Source: Planctomycetia bacterium (GTDB taxonomy: Bacteria; Planctomycetota; PLA2; JAEUHO01). From it: 38,824 nucleotides of DNA. This document shows positions 1-9,387 of the stretch, piece after piece. Each line of letters begins with the position of its first letter. The stretch's first letter is position 1. The position numbers and the translations under genes are program-made. The stretch covers positions 1 to 38,824 of the forward strand of contig JANNRO010000037.1 in the NCBI GenBank assembly GCA_031401505.1, given 5' to 3'. Below the pieces are notes generated by a model. That model saw only the letters and a program-made list of their open reading frames with translations. It made no database searches and was not told the origin of the DNA.

Positions 1-477
1 GCCCTTCGTCGCCTCGACCCCCTTCGCGCACGCCTCCGTGGCCTGCGCCTCGTCGAATCGAATGCGCGCGCTCACCCCCGACGGCACCGCGGCACTCGCC
101 TCCTGCATGCCGAGGCCGCGTTCGCGCACCAGCGCGAGCGCGTCCTCGAGCGAGAGCACGCCCGCGGACCAGAGCGCCGTGAACTCCCCCAGCGACAGCC
201 CCATCGCGCCGCCGATCGCCGATTCCGGCAACCGTCCCGACGACCGCAACGCCGAGACGACGGCCGCGCCGACGGCCAGGATCGCGGGCTGCTGGACGTC
301 GGTCCGAACCAGCTCGGACGCGGGTCCCTCGGCGCAGACGCGCAGCAGATCGAATCCCAGCACCTTCGACGCGCGCTCGAACACGTCGGCCGCCGCCGGA
401 TCGATCGCCGCGACGTCGGCACCCATGCCGACGTGCTGGGCGCCCTGCCCCGGGAAGACCAGCGCGGTGAAACCCAT
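1..477 (-). CDS. fabD: malonyl-CoA:ACP transacylase FabD, N-terminal part (gene runs off the left edge)
   Basis: Reverse translation from ATG at 475-477 gives MGFTALVFPGQGAQHVGMGADV...AMGLSLGEFTALWSAGVLSLEDALALVRERG. FPGQGxQ and GxSLGE are FabD hallmarks. The start lies 2 nt after the plsX stop. Absent from the ORF track because it is truncated. Confidence 0.85.
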   Translation of the reverse strand, partial: MGFTALVFPGQGAQHVGMGADVAAIDPAAADVFERASKVLGFDLLRVCAEGPASELVRTDVQQPAILAVGAAVVSALRSSGRLPESAIGGAMGLSLGEFTALWSAGVLSLEDALALVRERGLGMQEASAAVPSGVSARIRFDEAQATEACAKGVEATKG

Positions 478-479
478 GG

Positions 480-1484
480 TCAGCTCGGCGTACCGGCCGG
501 ACGCAGATCCCCGGCCGCACCCAGATCGTCGAGAATGCGCTTCTCGACACCGCCGAGGACGTAGTCGCGCGCCACGCGGACCGCGTTCTTGACCGCGCGT
601 CCGTCGCTGCGCCCGTGGCCGATGATGTACGCGCCCTTGACGCCGAGCAACGGCGCACCGCCGTACTCCGCGTAGTCGAACTTCTGAACCAGTTCCTTCA
701 GGATGCCCTTGGCCCCCGGCACGGTGGGCAACGCGTCCTTGACGATGTCGATCATCATCTCGCCGATGCCTTCCGCAGCCTTCAACAGGATGTTTCCGAC
801 GAACCCGTCACAGACGACGACGTCGGCCCCCTCGCGAAAGACGTCGCGGCTCTCGACGTTGCCGATGAAGCCCTCGACAGGATGGCGTTTGAAGATTTCC
901 CACGCGTCCTTGACGAGTTTGTTGCCCTTGTGCTCTTCTTCGCCCACCGAGAGGATTCCGACGGTCGGACTCTCGACGCCGACGGCCACGCGCGCGTAGT
1001 GGCGGGCCATGACCGCATAGACGTAGAGGTGATCCGGGCGCACATCGACGTTGCCGCCGCAGTCGACGACGATCGTGACACCGTGGCGCCGCGGGAACGG
1101 GACCGCGATCCCGAGCCGGGACACGCCTTCGATGCGCTTGGCGAAGAGCGTCGCCGCGGCGACGGCGCCGCCGGTCGATCCGAGACTCACGACGCCGACG
1201 GCCGTTCCCTGTCCCAGCAATTCGGCGGTGACGCGCGCCGAATTCTTCGGCTTGTGCTTCATCGCGCGAACGGGCTCTTCGTCCATCAGGACGACGCCCT
1301 CGGACGGCACGATCTCGATCCGTGCGGGCTTGCCGCCGCGGGCGGCGAGTTCCCGCTCGAGAACGGCCGGATCGCCGACGAGCAGAATCTCGACGTCGGG
1401 ATAGGCCTCGATGGCCGCGAGTGCTCCGTCGATCGGAGCCCCGGGTGCCTTGTCTCCCCCCATCGCGTCGATGGCGATGCGCAT
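480..1484 (-). CDS. plsX: phosphate acyltransferase PlsX
   Basis: Inside ORF 480..1820. Internal ATG at 1484 gives MRIAIDAMGGDKAPGAPIDGA...VSLGSTGGAVAAA...GAYIIGHGRSDGRAVKNAV, the typical PlsX N-terminus and core. The upstream 112 codons of the ORF are Arg/Pro-rich shadow overlapping rpmF. Confidence 0.9.
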   Translation of the reverse strand: MRIAIDAMGGDKAPGAPIDGALAAIEAYPDVEILLVGDPAVLERELAARGGKPARIEIVPSEGVVLMDEEPVRAMKHKPKNSARVTAELLGQGTAVGVVSLGSTGGAVAAATLFAKRIEGVSRLGIAVPFPRRHGVTIVVDCGGNVDVRPDHLYVYAVMARHYARVAVGVESPTVGILSVGEEEHKGNKLVKDAWEIFKRHPVEGFIGNVESRDVFREGADVVVCDGFVGNILLKAAEGIGEMMIDIVKDALPTVPGAKGILKELVQKFDYAEYGGAPLLGVKGAYIIGHGRSDGRAVKNAVRVARDYVLGGVEKRILDDLGAAGDLRPAGTPS

Positions 1485-1561
1485 CGGTCGAACCCTCCCG
1501 GATTGCTCGAGGGACACGGATTGGTCGGGGAAAACGAGTACGACCGCGGGCCCCCCGCGGA

Positions 1562-1741
1562 CTACGCCGTCTTGACGACGACCTCTCGCTTGCCGTAGTG
1601 CCCGCAGTTGGGGCACACGCGGTGGGGCGGGCGGGTGTACCCGCAGTTCGAACATGCGCTGACGCCCGTGGGGGTCAACGCGGCGTGGGAGTTGCGCTGA
1701 CCTCGCGTACGCTTGCTCGTTCGGCGCTTGGGGACGGCCAT
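1562..1741 (-). CDS. rpmF: 50S ribosomal protein L32
   Basis: Hand translation gives MAVPKRRTSKRTRGQRNSHAALTPTGVSACSNCGYTRPPHRVCPNCGHYGKREVVVKTA (59 aa, below the track cutoff). It has the MAVPKRRTSK start and a CxxC...CxxC zinc ribbon. The rpmF-plsX-fabD order is classical. Confidence 0.9.
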   Translation of the reverse strand: MAVPKRRTSKRTRGQRNSHAALTPTGVSACSNCGYTRPPHRVCPNCGHYGKREVVVKTA

Positions 1742-1846
1742 GGGGCTCTAACCTCGATGACGGCTCGGGGATCGGCGGGGCGAGTTCGGGACACCCGAAC
1801 CTCGATCCGACCGATTCCACGTGAAAATCGGGAGTGGAAAGGGTCG

Positions 1847-1875
1847 AGAGTACGGCCTTGCGGGAGAGGGGTCAA
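1847..1875 (-). promoter_or_regulatory. putative sigma-70-type promoter for rpmF-plsX-fabD (TTGACC-N17-TACTCT)
   Basis: The minus strand reads TTGACC (1875-1870), a 17-nt spacer, then TACTCT (1852-1847), about 100 nt upstream of the rpmF ATG in the alaS-rpmF intergenic region. This is a sequence match only. Confidence 0.3.
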
Positions 1876-1930
1876 CGTACGGGGGACCCGATCGGGTCGT
1901 CGGACGGGGGAGCTCCCGGCATGGGGCCCT

Positions 1931-4603
1931 TCAGCCTCCGAGGACCTTCCCGATCGCCTGGGTTACGGCTTCGAGGGCCGCCGGGATCTTCGTCCGATCG
2001 AGCCCCGACCCTTGCGCCAGGTCGGGGCGACCGCCCCCCCCACCGCCCAGGACTGCTGCCGCGACCTTCAAGAGGGCCCCGGAATCGACCCCGCGCTTGA
2101 CCGCCGAGGCTAGCGCGCCGCAGAGTGTCGGTGCCTTGTCGCCCGACTCCCCGACGAGGAACGCGGCCTCGACGCCCGCCTTCGCAAGCCCCTCCCAGAG
2201 CGCCTTGACCGCCTTGCCGTCTTGTCCGCGGACCTCGGCGACGAGCACCCTCAACCCGCCCATCGTCGTCGCTTGGGTCGCAAGCCGCTCGCCGAGCTTC
2301 GCCCCGGCCTCGGACGCGGCCCTTTCCTGCTGCTTGCGCACGTCGCGCATCTCGTCCTGGATCGCCGTGATGCGCGAGACGATCTGGTCGGACGGCGCCT
2401 TCAGAAGTTGCGAGATCTCGCGCAACCGATCGCGATCGGCATTCGCGGCCGCGATCGCGCCGAGCCCCGTCACCGCTTCGATGCGCCGCACGCCGGACGC
2501 GACCGACGACTCCGACGTCACGCGAAACGTGCCGATGTCGCCGATGCGTCGGACGTGGGTCCCGCCGCACAACTCACGCGAGACGTGCGGCACGGAAACC
2601 ACGCGCACGTCGTCGCCGTAGTTCTCGCCGAAGAGTGCGACGGCGCCCGACGCCTTCGCCTCGTCGGTCTTCATCGACTTCGTGTCGAGGTCGGCGTTGT
2701 CGAGGACCCAGCCGTTGATCGAGTCTTCGATCCGACGAAGTTCCTCGGCCGTCATCGGCTTGCCGTGTGCGAAGTCGAAGCGAAGGCGATCGTCGGCGAC
2801 GAGCGATCCCTGCTGGCGGACGTGGTTGCCGAGCACGCGCTTCAGCGCCTCGTGGAGAAGGTGGGTGGCCGTATGGTTGCGGCGCACCGCATCACGACGC
2901 GCGCGATCGACCTTCGCATCGACCGCCTGTCCGACGGTCAACGTTCCCGACTCGACCTTGCCGACGTGGAGGGAGAGCCCGTCCTGCCCCTTCGTCGTCT
3001 CAATTCGAACGCGCACGGGCCCGGACGCCCCCGCCCCCTCGATGACGCCCGCGTCCCCCACCTGACCGCCGCCTTCGGCGTAGAAGGGCGACTGGTCGAG
3101 CACGACGCTGACGTCGTCGCCCGCCGACGCACTCGCGACCGACGTCGGGCCCTGGATGATGCCGACGACGGTGCCGCGGCCCTCGCAGCCGGTTCCGTCG
3201 TAGCCGAGGAACTTCGTGGGTTTGGCGCCCTTCGCCTTGATGTCGCCGAGCGGCCCCGTCGCGAACACGTCGCCCGCCATCTTGCTCCCGGCGCGCGCAC
3301 GCTCGCGCTGCGCCTCGAGTTCGACCTCGAAGCCCGGGCGATCGACGGTCAGCCGGTGCTCCTCCTCGGCGATCTGCGTCAGGAGATCGATCGGGAAACC
3401 GTAGGTGTCGTGGAGCTTGAACGCGACGTCACCGGGCACGCGACCCGATGTTTTGAACTTGGGCAGGGCGTCCTCGAAATATCGAATGCCCTTCGCGTAC
3501 GTCGCGCGGAACTGCTCTTCCTCGGCGCGCACCGCGGCGATCACTTCGCGCTCGCCCGCGACGAGATCGGGGTACGCGTCCTTCATGGTCGCGACGACCG
3601 ACGGGACGATCTCGTGGAGGAACGCCTCCTGCAACCGGAACGCGCCGATGCCGTCGCGGATCGCGCGACGCAGAATGCGCCGCAACACGTACCCGCGCCC
3701 CTCGTTGGAAGGACGGATGCCGTCGGCGACGCACATCGTCGCGGTGCGGACGTGGTCGGCGACGCGTCGCACGAGCGCGTCGTTCCCGCCCGCGCCGCCA
3801 TAGTTCGTGCGCAACGCGTGCGCGGCTGCCTCGACGATCGGGCGCATGGCGGCCGTGTGGAACGGCGCGTTGTTCCCGTCCATGACGGCGAGCATGCGCT
3901 CGAAACCCGCGCCCGTGTCCACGTTGCGGCGGCCGAGCGACCGGAGGTCGTTCTTCCCGCGCCGGTCGTACCCCGGGAAGACGAGGTTCCAGAACTCGAG
4001 GTAGCGCCCCGAGTCGAGGTCGTCGGGCCCCGCATCACCCTTCTCGGTGCCGGGTCCGAAGTCGTAGTACATCTCCGTGCAGGGGCCGCAGGGACCGTTG
4101 GGTCCGTCCTCGGGCGCATTCTGCGGCCAGTAATTGGACTTCGCGCTGAAGCGATGGATGCGGGCCTCGGGGATGCCGTGCTTCTTCCATTCGCCGAACG
4201 ACTCTTCGTCGTCCTTGTAGATCGTGACGGTCACCTTCTCGGGGGGGAGTTCGAGGACGGTCGTGATGAACTCCCACGCCCACGCGATGGCCTCCTTCTT
4301 GAAGTAGTCGTCGAAGGAGAAGTTCCCGAGCATCTCGAAGAACGTGAAATGCCGCAGCGTCTTGCCGACGTTGTCGATGTCGCCGGCCCGTACGCACTTC
4401 TGAACCGTCGAGGCGCGCTTGAACGAGTGCGAACCTTTGCCGAGAAACATGTCCTTGAACTGGTTCATCCCCGCGCCGGTGAACAGCAGCGTCGGGTCGT
4501 TCGCGGGGACCAGCGAGGCGCTCGCGTAAGCGGTATGACCCTTCGACACGAAGAAGTCCTGCCACGCTTTTCTGAGTTCGTTCGGGGTGCTGGGCCGGGA
4601 CAT
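1931..4603 (-). CDS. alaS: alanine--tRNA ligase
   Basis: 890-aa ORF with ATG at 4603. MSRPSTPNELRKAWQDFFVSKGH...LLFTGAGMNQFKD...FFEMLGNFSFDDYFK...HTATHLLHEAL...CGGTHV are AlaRS class II and editing-domain hallmarks. Confidence 0.97.
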   Translation of the reverse strand: MSRPSTPNELRKAWQDFFVSKGHTAYASASLVPANDPTLLFTGAGMNQFKDMFLGKGSHSFKRASTVQKCVRAGDIDNVGKTLRHFTFFEMLGNFSFDDYFKKEAIAWAWEFITTVLELPPEKVTVTIYKDDEESFGEWKKHGIPEARIHRFSAKSNYWPQNAPEDGPNGPCGPCTEMYYDFGPGTEKGDAGPDDLDSGRYLEFWNLVFPGYDRRGKNDLRSLGRRNVDTGAGFERMLAVMDGNNAPFHTAAMRPIVEAAAHALRTNYGGAGGNDALVRRVADHVRTATMCVADGIRPSNEGRGYVLRRILRRAIRDGIGAFRLQEAFLHEIVPSVVATMKDAYPDLVAGEREVIAAVRAEEEQFRATYAKGIRYFEDALPKFKTSGRVPGDVAFKLHDTYGFPIDLLTQIAEEEHRLTVDRPGFEVELEAQRERARAGSKMAGDVFATGPLGDIKAKGAKPTKFLGYDGTGCEGRGTVVGIIQGPTSVASASAGDDVSVVLDQSPFYAEGGGQVGDAGVIEGAGASGPVRVRIETTKGQDGLSLHVGKVESGTLTVGQAVDAKVDRARRDAVRRNHTATHLLHEALKRVLGNHVRQQGSLVADDRLRFDFAHGKPMTAEELRRIEDSINGWVLDNADLDTKSMKTDEAKASGAVALFGENYGDDVRVVSVPHVSRELCGGTHVRRIGDIGTFRVTSESSVASGVRRIEAVTGLGAIAAANADRDRLREISQLLKAPSDQIVSRITAIQDEMRDVRKQQERAASEAGAKLGERLATQATTMGGLRVLVAEVRGQDGKAVKALWEGLAKAGVEAAFLVGESGDKAPTLCGALASAVKRGVDSGALLKVAAAVLGGGGGGRPDLAQGSGLDRTKIPAALEAVTQAIGKVLGG

Positions 4604-4743
4604 GACGCGAATCCTGAATGGAAGCCGCCGAACGTATCACGGCGTCGGACGCGTGCCCCGTCGCGCGATCGGAGCGGCCTTGGTACGACGAGGTCGGCGT
4701 CACCGAGGACGCAACGGGACGCTCGTCCGCCGGAAGATAGAGC

Positions 4744-7700
4744 ATGGAACCCGCTACCGACCCTGACGCACTGCTGTCCCGCTTCCGCTCGAGCGGCGCC
4801 CCCCGAGACTTGGGCGAGTTGTTCGACGCGACCTCGGGTGACCTCTATCGCGTGGCGCTCGCCACCGCGCCCGACGCGGCGGCGGCCGAAGATGCAGTCC
4901 AGGAGACGTATCTCACCGTGATCGGTGCGGCGTCGCGATGGGATCCGTCGCGGCGCGCGATGCCATGGCTGCTCGGCATCCTGCACTTCAAGGTCACGAG
5001 ACAACGGGAGAAGGCACGGCTTCCCTCGGCAGGTGCGGTCGGGCGAGACGCACCCGCGCCGGAATTGTCCGACGGCGACCCCGAGGACGCCGCGCGCGCG
5101 TGGGCCGAGATCGAACGGCTCGACGAGCCCTACCGCGCCGTGGCGTTGATGCGCTGGCGCTACGGGCTCTCCCCCGCGGAGATCGCGCACGTGCGGGGCG
5201 AGGCCCCGGGAACGACCCGCTCGTTGCTCTCGCGCGCCCTCGATCGCGTGAGGAAGACGCTCAAGGTCTTGCCGGCCGGACTCGTGCTGATGGGCCGCCC
5301 CGCGCGCGGACTCGACGCCGTCCGGGCCGACGTTGTCGGCGCCGCTACAGCGCCGTCCACGGTCGTCGCGACGGGCAGCACCGTCGGCCGGTATGGGTTC
5401 GTCGCAGCGACAATCGTTGCCGCAATCGGTGCGGGTGCCTACTTCGCCCTGCAGCCGGACGCGCCTGCGCCCGCGACACCGGTCGCCGAGGCCCCGGCCT
5501 CGCCCCGAGTCTCGGACCTAGCGGCGCCCCCGAGTCGACCGTTGGCCGTGAGCGCGCCTGCGGCGGTCACGCCCGCGGGCCCGGTGGCGCGTGGTCGGGT
5601 GGTGGATGCGGCGGGGAAGCCCATTGCGAGCGCCGCGATCTCGAGCGTGGGCTCCGACTCCTACGCGTTCGAACGGCCGGCGGGACTCGAGTCCGACGGG
5701 CCGCCCGTTCCCCCGAGTTCGCGTACGGCACGCACGGGCCTCGACGGGCGTTTCGACGTGGCGCTCGATGACGAATTCCCGACGCATCTGCTGTTCGTCT
5801 CGGCACCGGGACACGGACCCGCGATCGCCGGACCTCTGCGCCCGGGCGCCGACGTCGAGGTCGTGCTCGACGCGGGTGAGTCGTGGAAGGGCCGCGTGGT
5901 GGATGCCACGGGCGCGCCCGTAGCCGGGGCCCGAGTGCGCGCGTGCGTCGTGATGCCCTGGTTCGCGTTCGTCCGCGAAGCGACGTCAGACGCGACGGGC
6001 TCGTTCCGTCTCGACGCGATGCCCGAGCCCCAACTGACGGGACGCGGCGGGCATGCGACGGCGGCGTGGCTGGTTGCGAGCGCCAACGGGTTCGCCCCCT
6101 CGGTCACCGGTGGGCAAGGGGGTCAGCTGGGTAGCGGACAGCAACCGGTTGGGCTCACGATCACGCTCCTGCGGGGCGCGGCACTCGTCGGACGATTGCT
6201 TGACGCTGAGTCGGGCGCTCCGATTTCAGGGGCGGTTCTGCGATTCGCGTCGCTGGACATGAACGCCGGTTGGTCCACGCTTGATCGCGGACCCAAACGC
6301 GTGCACGCCGACAGTCCGTTCGGTCGGACACCGATCGCAGACGCGACGACCGATGCCGAGGGACGATTCCGTTTCGGACACGTCCCATGCCTGCCGGGGC
6401 CGCGACCGGCCCCGGCAGAAGAATCCGCCGATCGGAGGCCGTGGGCCGGTCAATTGACGACGACGATCGACGGATACGCGCCGCTCTGGCTCGCCGTCCG
6501 TCAGATCGAAGAGGGCGGGACGGACACGCGCGACGTCAGGCTGTCGCGCGCCGCGATCGTCAAGGGACGGCTCGTCGACGGTTCGGGAAACGGGCTCGCG
6601 GGGTTCAGCGGTCAAATCGAGATCGGAGCGCCGACCAGATGGGCCAACAGCTTTGTCAGCGACGGCGAGGGTCGATTCGTGATCCGCGACATTCCCGCTC
6701 CGTCGACCGGAGTCGCCGCCCGAATCAGAGTTCGCGGCGACTCGGGCTCCGTCGAATCCCCGGTTGACGTGCGCGGCGGGGCGACGTCCGATGTTCCCGA
6801 CGTGGTCGTCCATATCGGGAGACACGCCGACGAAGGCGTCAAGCTTCGCGTGCGAGTCGTCGGTCCGGACGGTGCGCCGATCTGGGGCGCGTACGCGCAG
6901 TTCGTCGAGCCGGTGGGCGTCGGGTCCGGCGCGACGACGGACCGGACGGGCCGCGTGGTCGTCTCGATCTCGGCCGGCCGCCTCGCGACGACGGAACTGA
7001 TCGAAGTGGCGGCGTGGACGACGGGCTACGCACGTTCGTCCGTGCGCAAGGCGAGGGCACTCGGGCAATCCGAGGAGTTCCTCATTCAACTCCAGACGGG
7101 GCGACGGATCGCGGGACTGGTTCGCCTCGCGGACGGCACGCCTGCCGCCGGAGCGATTGTCCGGGCCGAACGGGTCAGGGCCGCGCCTGCGAGTCCGACG
7201 CCGGTCGACCCCGACCGCCCCCAGACCGGGACGGACTCGACCGGTCAGTTCACGTTCGAGGACTTGCCCGACGACTCGTTCGCGCTCGTCGTGACGGCCC
7301 GATCCGAGAGTGGACTTGGCGCCGTCCCGTCAGCACGGCTCGATGCCGTTCGATCCGGCACGACGGGGCTCGTGATTCAACTTCCTCCGGACACGAGGGG
7401 GTCTCTCGGACGGCTGGAGGTGTCCGTCATCGACGACGCGACGAACGAGTCGCTCGGAGGAGGGTATGTGCGTCTGCGGCGCGGAAAGGACGAGACGATC
7501 TGGGCGAAGAAATCGCCGGTTCGCGGTCGACACGTCGCGGGAGAGATCCCGCTCGGCTCGTGGAACGTGCGTGTGTTCGTCGACGAATACGTGTTGGTGG
7601 TCGTACCCGACGTTGCGATCGAAGCGACCCCGCGACCCGGACCGCTCGAAGTGCGCCTGCGCAAGGCCGTCAAGAGGATGGTGATCGTGACGGGCGTTCC

Positions 7701-8247
7701 GACCGCTGGTCCGGCCGGCGGGTCATTGCCAGAACTCTCGTTCTTCGGCGCAGACGGCACGGGCGCGACCTCGAAGCGGGACTCGGAAGGCAAACTCGTC
7801 GTGACAGGGCTGAAGGCGGAGGCCTATCGCGTCTCGCTCGGCTACCGGACCGATTCGAGTCCGGGCCCGATGAAGGCGTGGGTTGCCGAGGGCAACTTCG
7901 TCGTCGTGCCTGCCGGGGATGCGCCGTTCGAAGTCCGACTGGTGCCCGCGGGCGCGATCACGCTCCGCATCGAGGACACCCAGCTCGCCGTTTTCAGTGC
8001 CGCAGACACCACAGACGCGGCCCGGGAACGGTCGGAGAAATCGTCGCTCGTTCTCGTAGACGACCGGCAACGCGAGATCGTCCGGCTGGCCCCCCTCTAC
8101 CTGCGTTCGCCGCTCGATATCACCGGGCTCCAACTGGCTCCGGGACGGTACCGGGCCCGGCTCGAACGCCCGGGCGAGCCGCCGGGTCAGGCCGACATCG
8201 ACATTCCTGCTGGTAGCCACGTGTCGCAAGCGTTGGGAGGTCGATAG
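4744..8247 (+). CDS. ECF-type sigma-70 factor fused to a transmembrane helix and a large extracytoplasmic array of carboxypeptidase-regulatory-like (CarboxypepD_reg-type) repeats
   Basis: Single 1167-aa ORF. aa 1-175 show sigma region 2 (EDAVQETYLTVI...PWLLGILHFKV) and region 4 (LDEPYRAVALMRWRYGLSPAEIAHV...TTRSLLSRALDRVRKTL). Hydrophobic helix YGFVAATIVAAIGAGAYFAL lies at nt 5392-5451. At least 7 repeats of the G(R/K)vVD..G.P..GA.V type follow (GRVVDAAGKPIASAAI, GRVVDATGAPVAGARV, GRLLDAESGAPISGAVL, GRLVDGSGNGLAGF, VRVVGPDGAPIWGAY, GLVRLADGTPAAGAIV). Confidence 0.8.
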   Translation: MEPATDPDALLSRFRSSGAPRDLGELFDATSGDLYRVALATAPDAAAAEDAVQETYLTVIGAASRWDPSRRAMPWLLGILHFKVTRQREKARLPSAGAVGRDAPAPELSDGDPEDAARAWAEIERLDEPYRAVALMRWRYGLSPAEIAHVRGEAPGTTRSLLSRALDRVRKTLKVLPAGLVLMGRPARGLDAVRADVVGAATAPSTVVATGSTVGRYGFVAATIVAAIGAGAYFALQPDAPAPATPVAEAPASPRVSDLAAPPSRPLAVSAPAAVTPAGPVARGRVVDAAGKPIASAAISSVGSDSYAFERPAGLESDGPPVPPSSRTARTGLDGRFDVALDDEFPTHLLFVSAPGHGPAIAGPLRPGADVEVVLDAGESWKGRVVDATGAPVAGARVRACVVMPWFAFVREATSDATGSFRLDAMPEPQLTGRGGHATAAWLVASANGFAPSVTGGQGGQLGSGQQPVGLTITLLRGAALVGRLLDAESGAPISGAVLRFASLDMNAGWSTLDRGPKRVHADSPFGRTPIADATTDAEGRFRFGHVPCLPGPRPAPAEESADRRPWAGQLTTTIDGYAPLWLAVRQIEEGGTDTRDVRLSRAAIVKGRLVDGSGNGLAGFSGQIEIGAPTRWANSFVSDGEGRFVIRDIPAPSTGVAARIRVRGDSGSVESPVDVRGGATSDVPDVVVHIGRHADEGVKLRVRVVGPDGAPIWGAYAQFVEPVGVGSGATTDRTGRVVVSISAGRLATTELIEVAAWTTGYARSSVRKARALGQSEEFLIQLQTGRRIAGLVRLADGTPAAGAIVRAERVRAAPASPTPVDPDRPQTGTDSTGQFTFEDLPDDSFALVVTARSESGLGAVPSARLDAVRSGTTGLVIQLPPDTRGSLGRLEVSVIDDATNESLGGGYVRLRRGKDETIWAKKSPVRGRHVAGEIPLGSWNVRVFVDEYVLVVVPDVAIEATPRPGPLEVRLRKAVKRMVIVTGVPTAGPAGGSLPELSFFGADGTGATSKRDSEGKLVVTGLKAEAYRVSLGYRTDSSPGPMKAWVAEGNFVVVPAGDAPFEVRLVPAGAITLRIEDTQLAVFSAADTTDAARERSEKSSLVLVDDRQREIVRLAPLYLRSPLDITGLQLAPGRYRARLERPGEPPGQADIDIPAGSHVSQALGGR

Positions 8248-8373
8248 GCCCCCCCGGTCGTTCGTCGGCGAACGCCGGACGGGATGGGATCACCCGGTGG
8301 AACCGACGGCTTGTGTTAGCGTAGTTCGTTCGAACCGCGTCCCCCGCCGCCGGGTGACGCCGGGAGGCGCTTC

Positions 8374-9294
8374 ATGGGGACCTGCAGCACGCTCGCACTG
8401 CTTTCGTTGACCAGCATTCTGTCGTTTTCGGGGACGGTGTTTGCGGCCGATCCCGACCCGATGCTCGAGAAGGTCACCGCGCTCGAAAAGCAGGTTGCCA
8501 CCGACATCGAGGCGAAGGCCAATGAGGCGCTCGTCGGCGACACCAAGTCGGCGCAGGCGTTGTATCGCGACGTCGAAGGCAAGGACGCGCTGAAGGAGCG
8601 CATCGTCACGATCGTCGGGAGCATCACGAAGGTCCGCGCCGACGACGTTTCGAAGGCGGCGATCCTGATGCTCGGTGAGATCGGCGACTTGCGCGGCGCG
8701 CGCTATCTCCGCTCGTTCCTCCGCGCGGTCGATACGTTCAAGGTTCCGCTCAATACCGAGGCTTCGATCGAGGCGTCGAAGAAATTGCCCGATTCGACGT
8801 TGGTCGAACCCCTCCTCGACATCGTGGACAACTCCAAGAACGTCGCCTGCGCCGCGAAGGCGATCGAGGCGCTCGGCTACTTCGGTAGCGTGAAGAGCAA
8901 GCGCGAGAAAATCCTCGTCGAACTGTGCAAGTCCGTTCAGCGCAATCTCCCCGGACGCAAGGGCCAGGGTGGAAACGTCGGCAGCAGCGAAGCGGGCTCC
9001 GGCCCGGACGGCGTCGGAGGCAGCGGCGATTCCGGTTCCGGAACGTCGGGAGGCGGGTCCGGCGGGTCCATCGACCCCGGGACCGGCGGGTCCTACTCGG
9101 CGGGTCAAGCCAACAGCGCGCGTTGGCCGGCGCTCTCCGAGGTGCTCCCGGAAGCCCTCAACAAATTGACCGGGTCGGTCTGCTCATCGGCGCAGGACTG
9201 GTTCGCGATGGTGAAGCAGCACAAGACTTCGCTCAAGGTGCTGTTCGTGGCGGACACCTCGGCCCCTCCTGCGCCCGACGCACCGCCGAAGTAG
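8374..9294 (+). CDS. secreted HEAT-repeat-like hypothetical protein with Gly/Ser-rich linker
   Basis: ATG is preceded by GGGAGG. Signal peptide is MGTCSTLALLSLTSILSFSGTVFA/AD. HEAT-like segments are AAILMLGEIGDLRGARYL and AAKAIEALGYFGS. A low-complexity stretch reads GQGGNVGSSEAGSGPDGVGGSGDSGSGTSGGGSGGS. The antisense ORF 8290..9108 was judged a shadow. Confidence 0.6.
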   Translation: MGTCSTLALLSLTSILSFSGTVFAADPDPMLEKVTALEKQVATDIEAKANEALVGDTKSAQALYRDVEGKDALKERIVTIVGSITKVRADDVSKAAILMLGEIGDLRGARYLRSFLRAVDTFKVPLNTEASIEASKKLPDSTLVEPLLDIVDNSKNVACAAKAIEALGYFGSVKSKREKILVELCKSVQRNLPGRKGQGGNVGSSEAGSGPDGVGGSGDSGSGTSGGGSGGSIDPGTGGSYSAGQANSARWPALSEVLPEALNKLTGSVCSSAQDWFAMVKQHKTSLKVLFVADTSAPPAPDAPPK

Positions 9295-9387
9295 CCGATC
9301 TACGACGTCTGCTTCGTCGACCCTCTCCCTGCGTTCGTCGGAACCGTCGCCGCCGGCGACGTTCTCGACGATCACGACCAGCGAACT

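Noticed and set aside
1811-1830. parS-like palindrome CGATTCCACGTGAAAATCG in the rpmF leader
   Set aside because: Only about 11 of 16 positions match the TGTTTCACGTGAAACA consensus, and the two halves are not symmetric. A CACGTG core alone is not diagnostic.
4620-4646. GGAAGC-N17-CGTC upstream of the ECF fusion gene as an ECF-type promoter
   Set aside because: It was not promoted to a feature. The short degenerate motif in GC-rich DNA has an alternative alignment (GAAC-N18-CGT) that is equally possible. It is mentioned only as a test target.
2222-4921. 899-aa ORF on the + strand
   Set aside because: It is entirely antisense to alaS, with Arg/Ala/Asp/Gly-rich composition and no recognisable motif. 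This is a classic high-GC shadow ORF, whereas the alaS frame has unmistakable AlaRS motifs.
8290-9108. 272-aa minus-strand ORF
   Set aside because: It is antisense to the HEAT-protein gene. The latter has a GGGAGG-ATG start, a clean signal peptide and repeat structure, while the minus frame has none.
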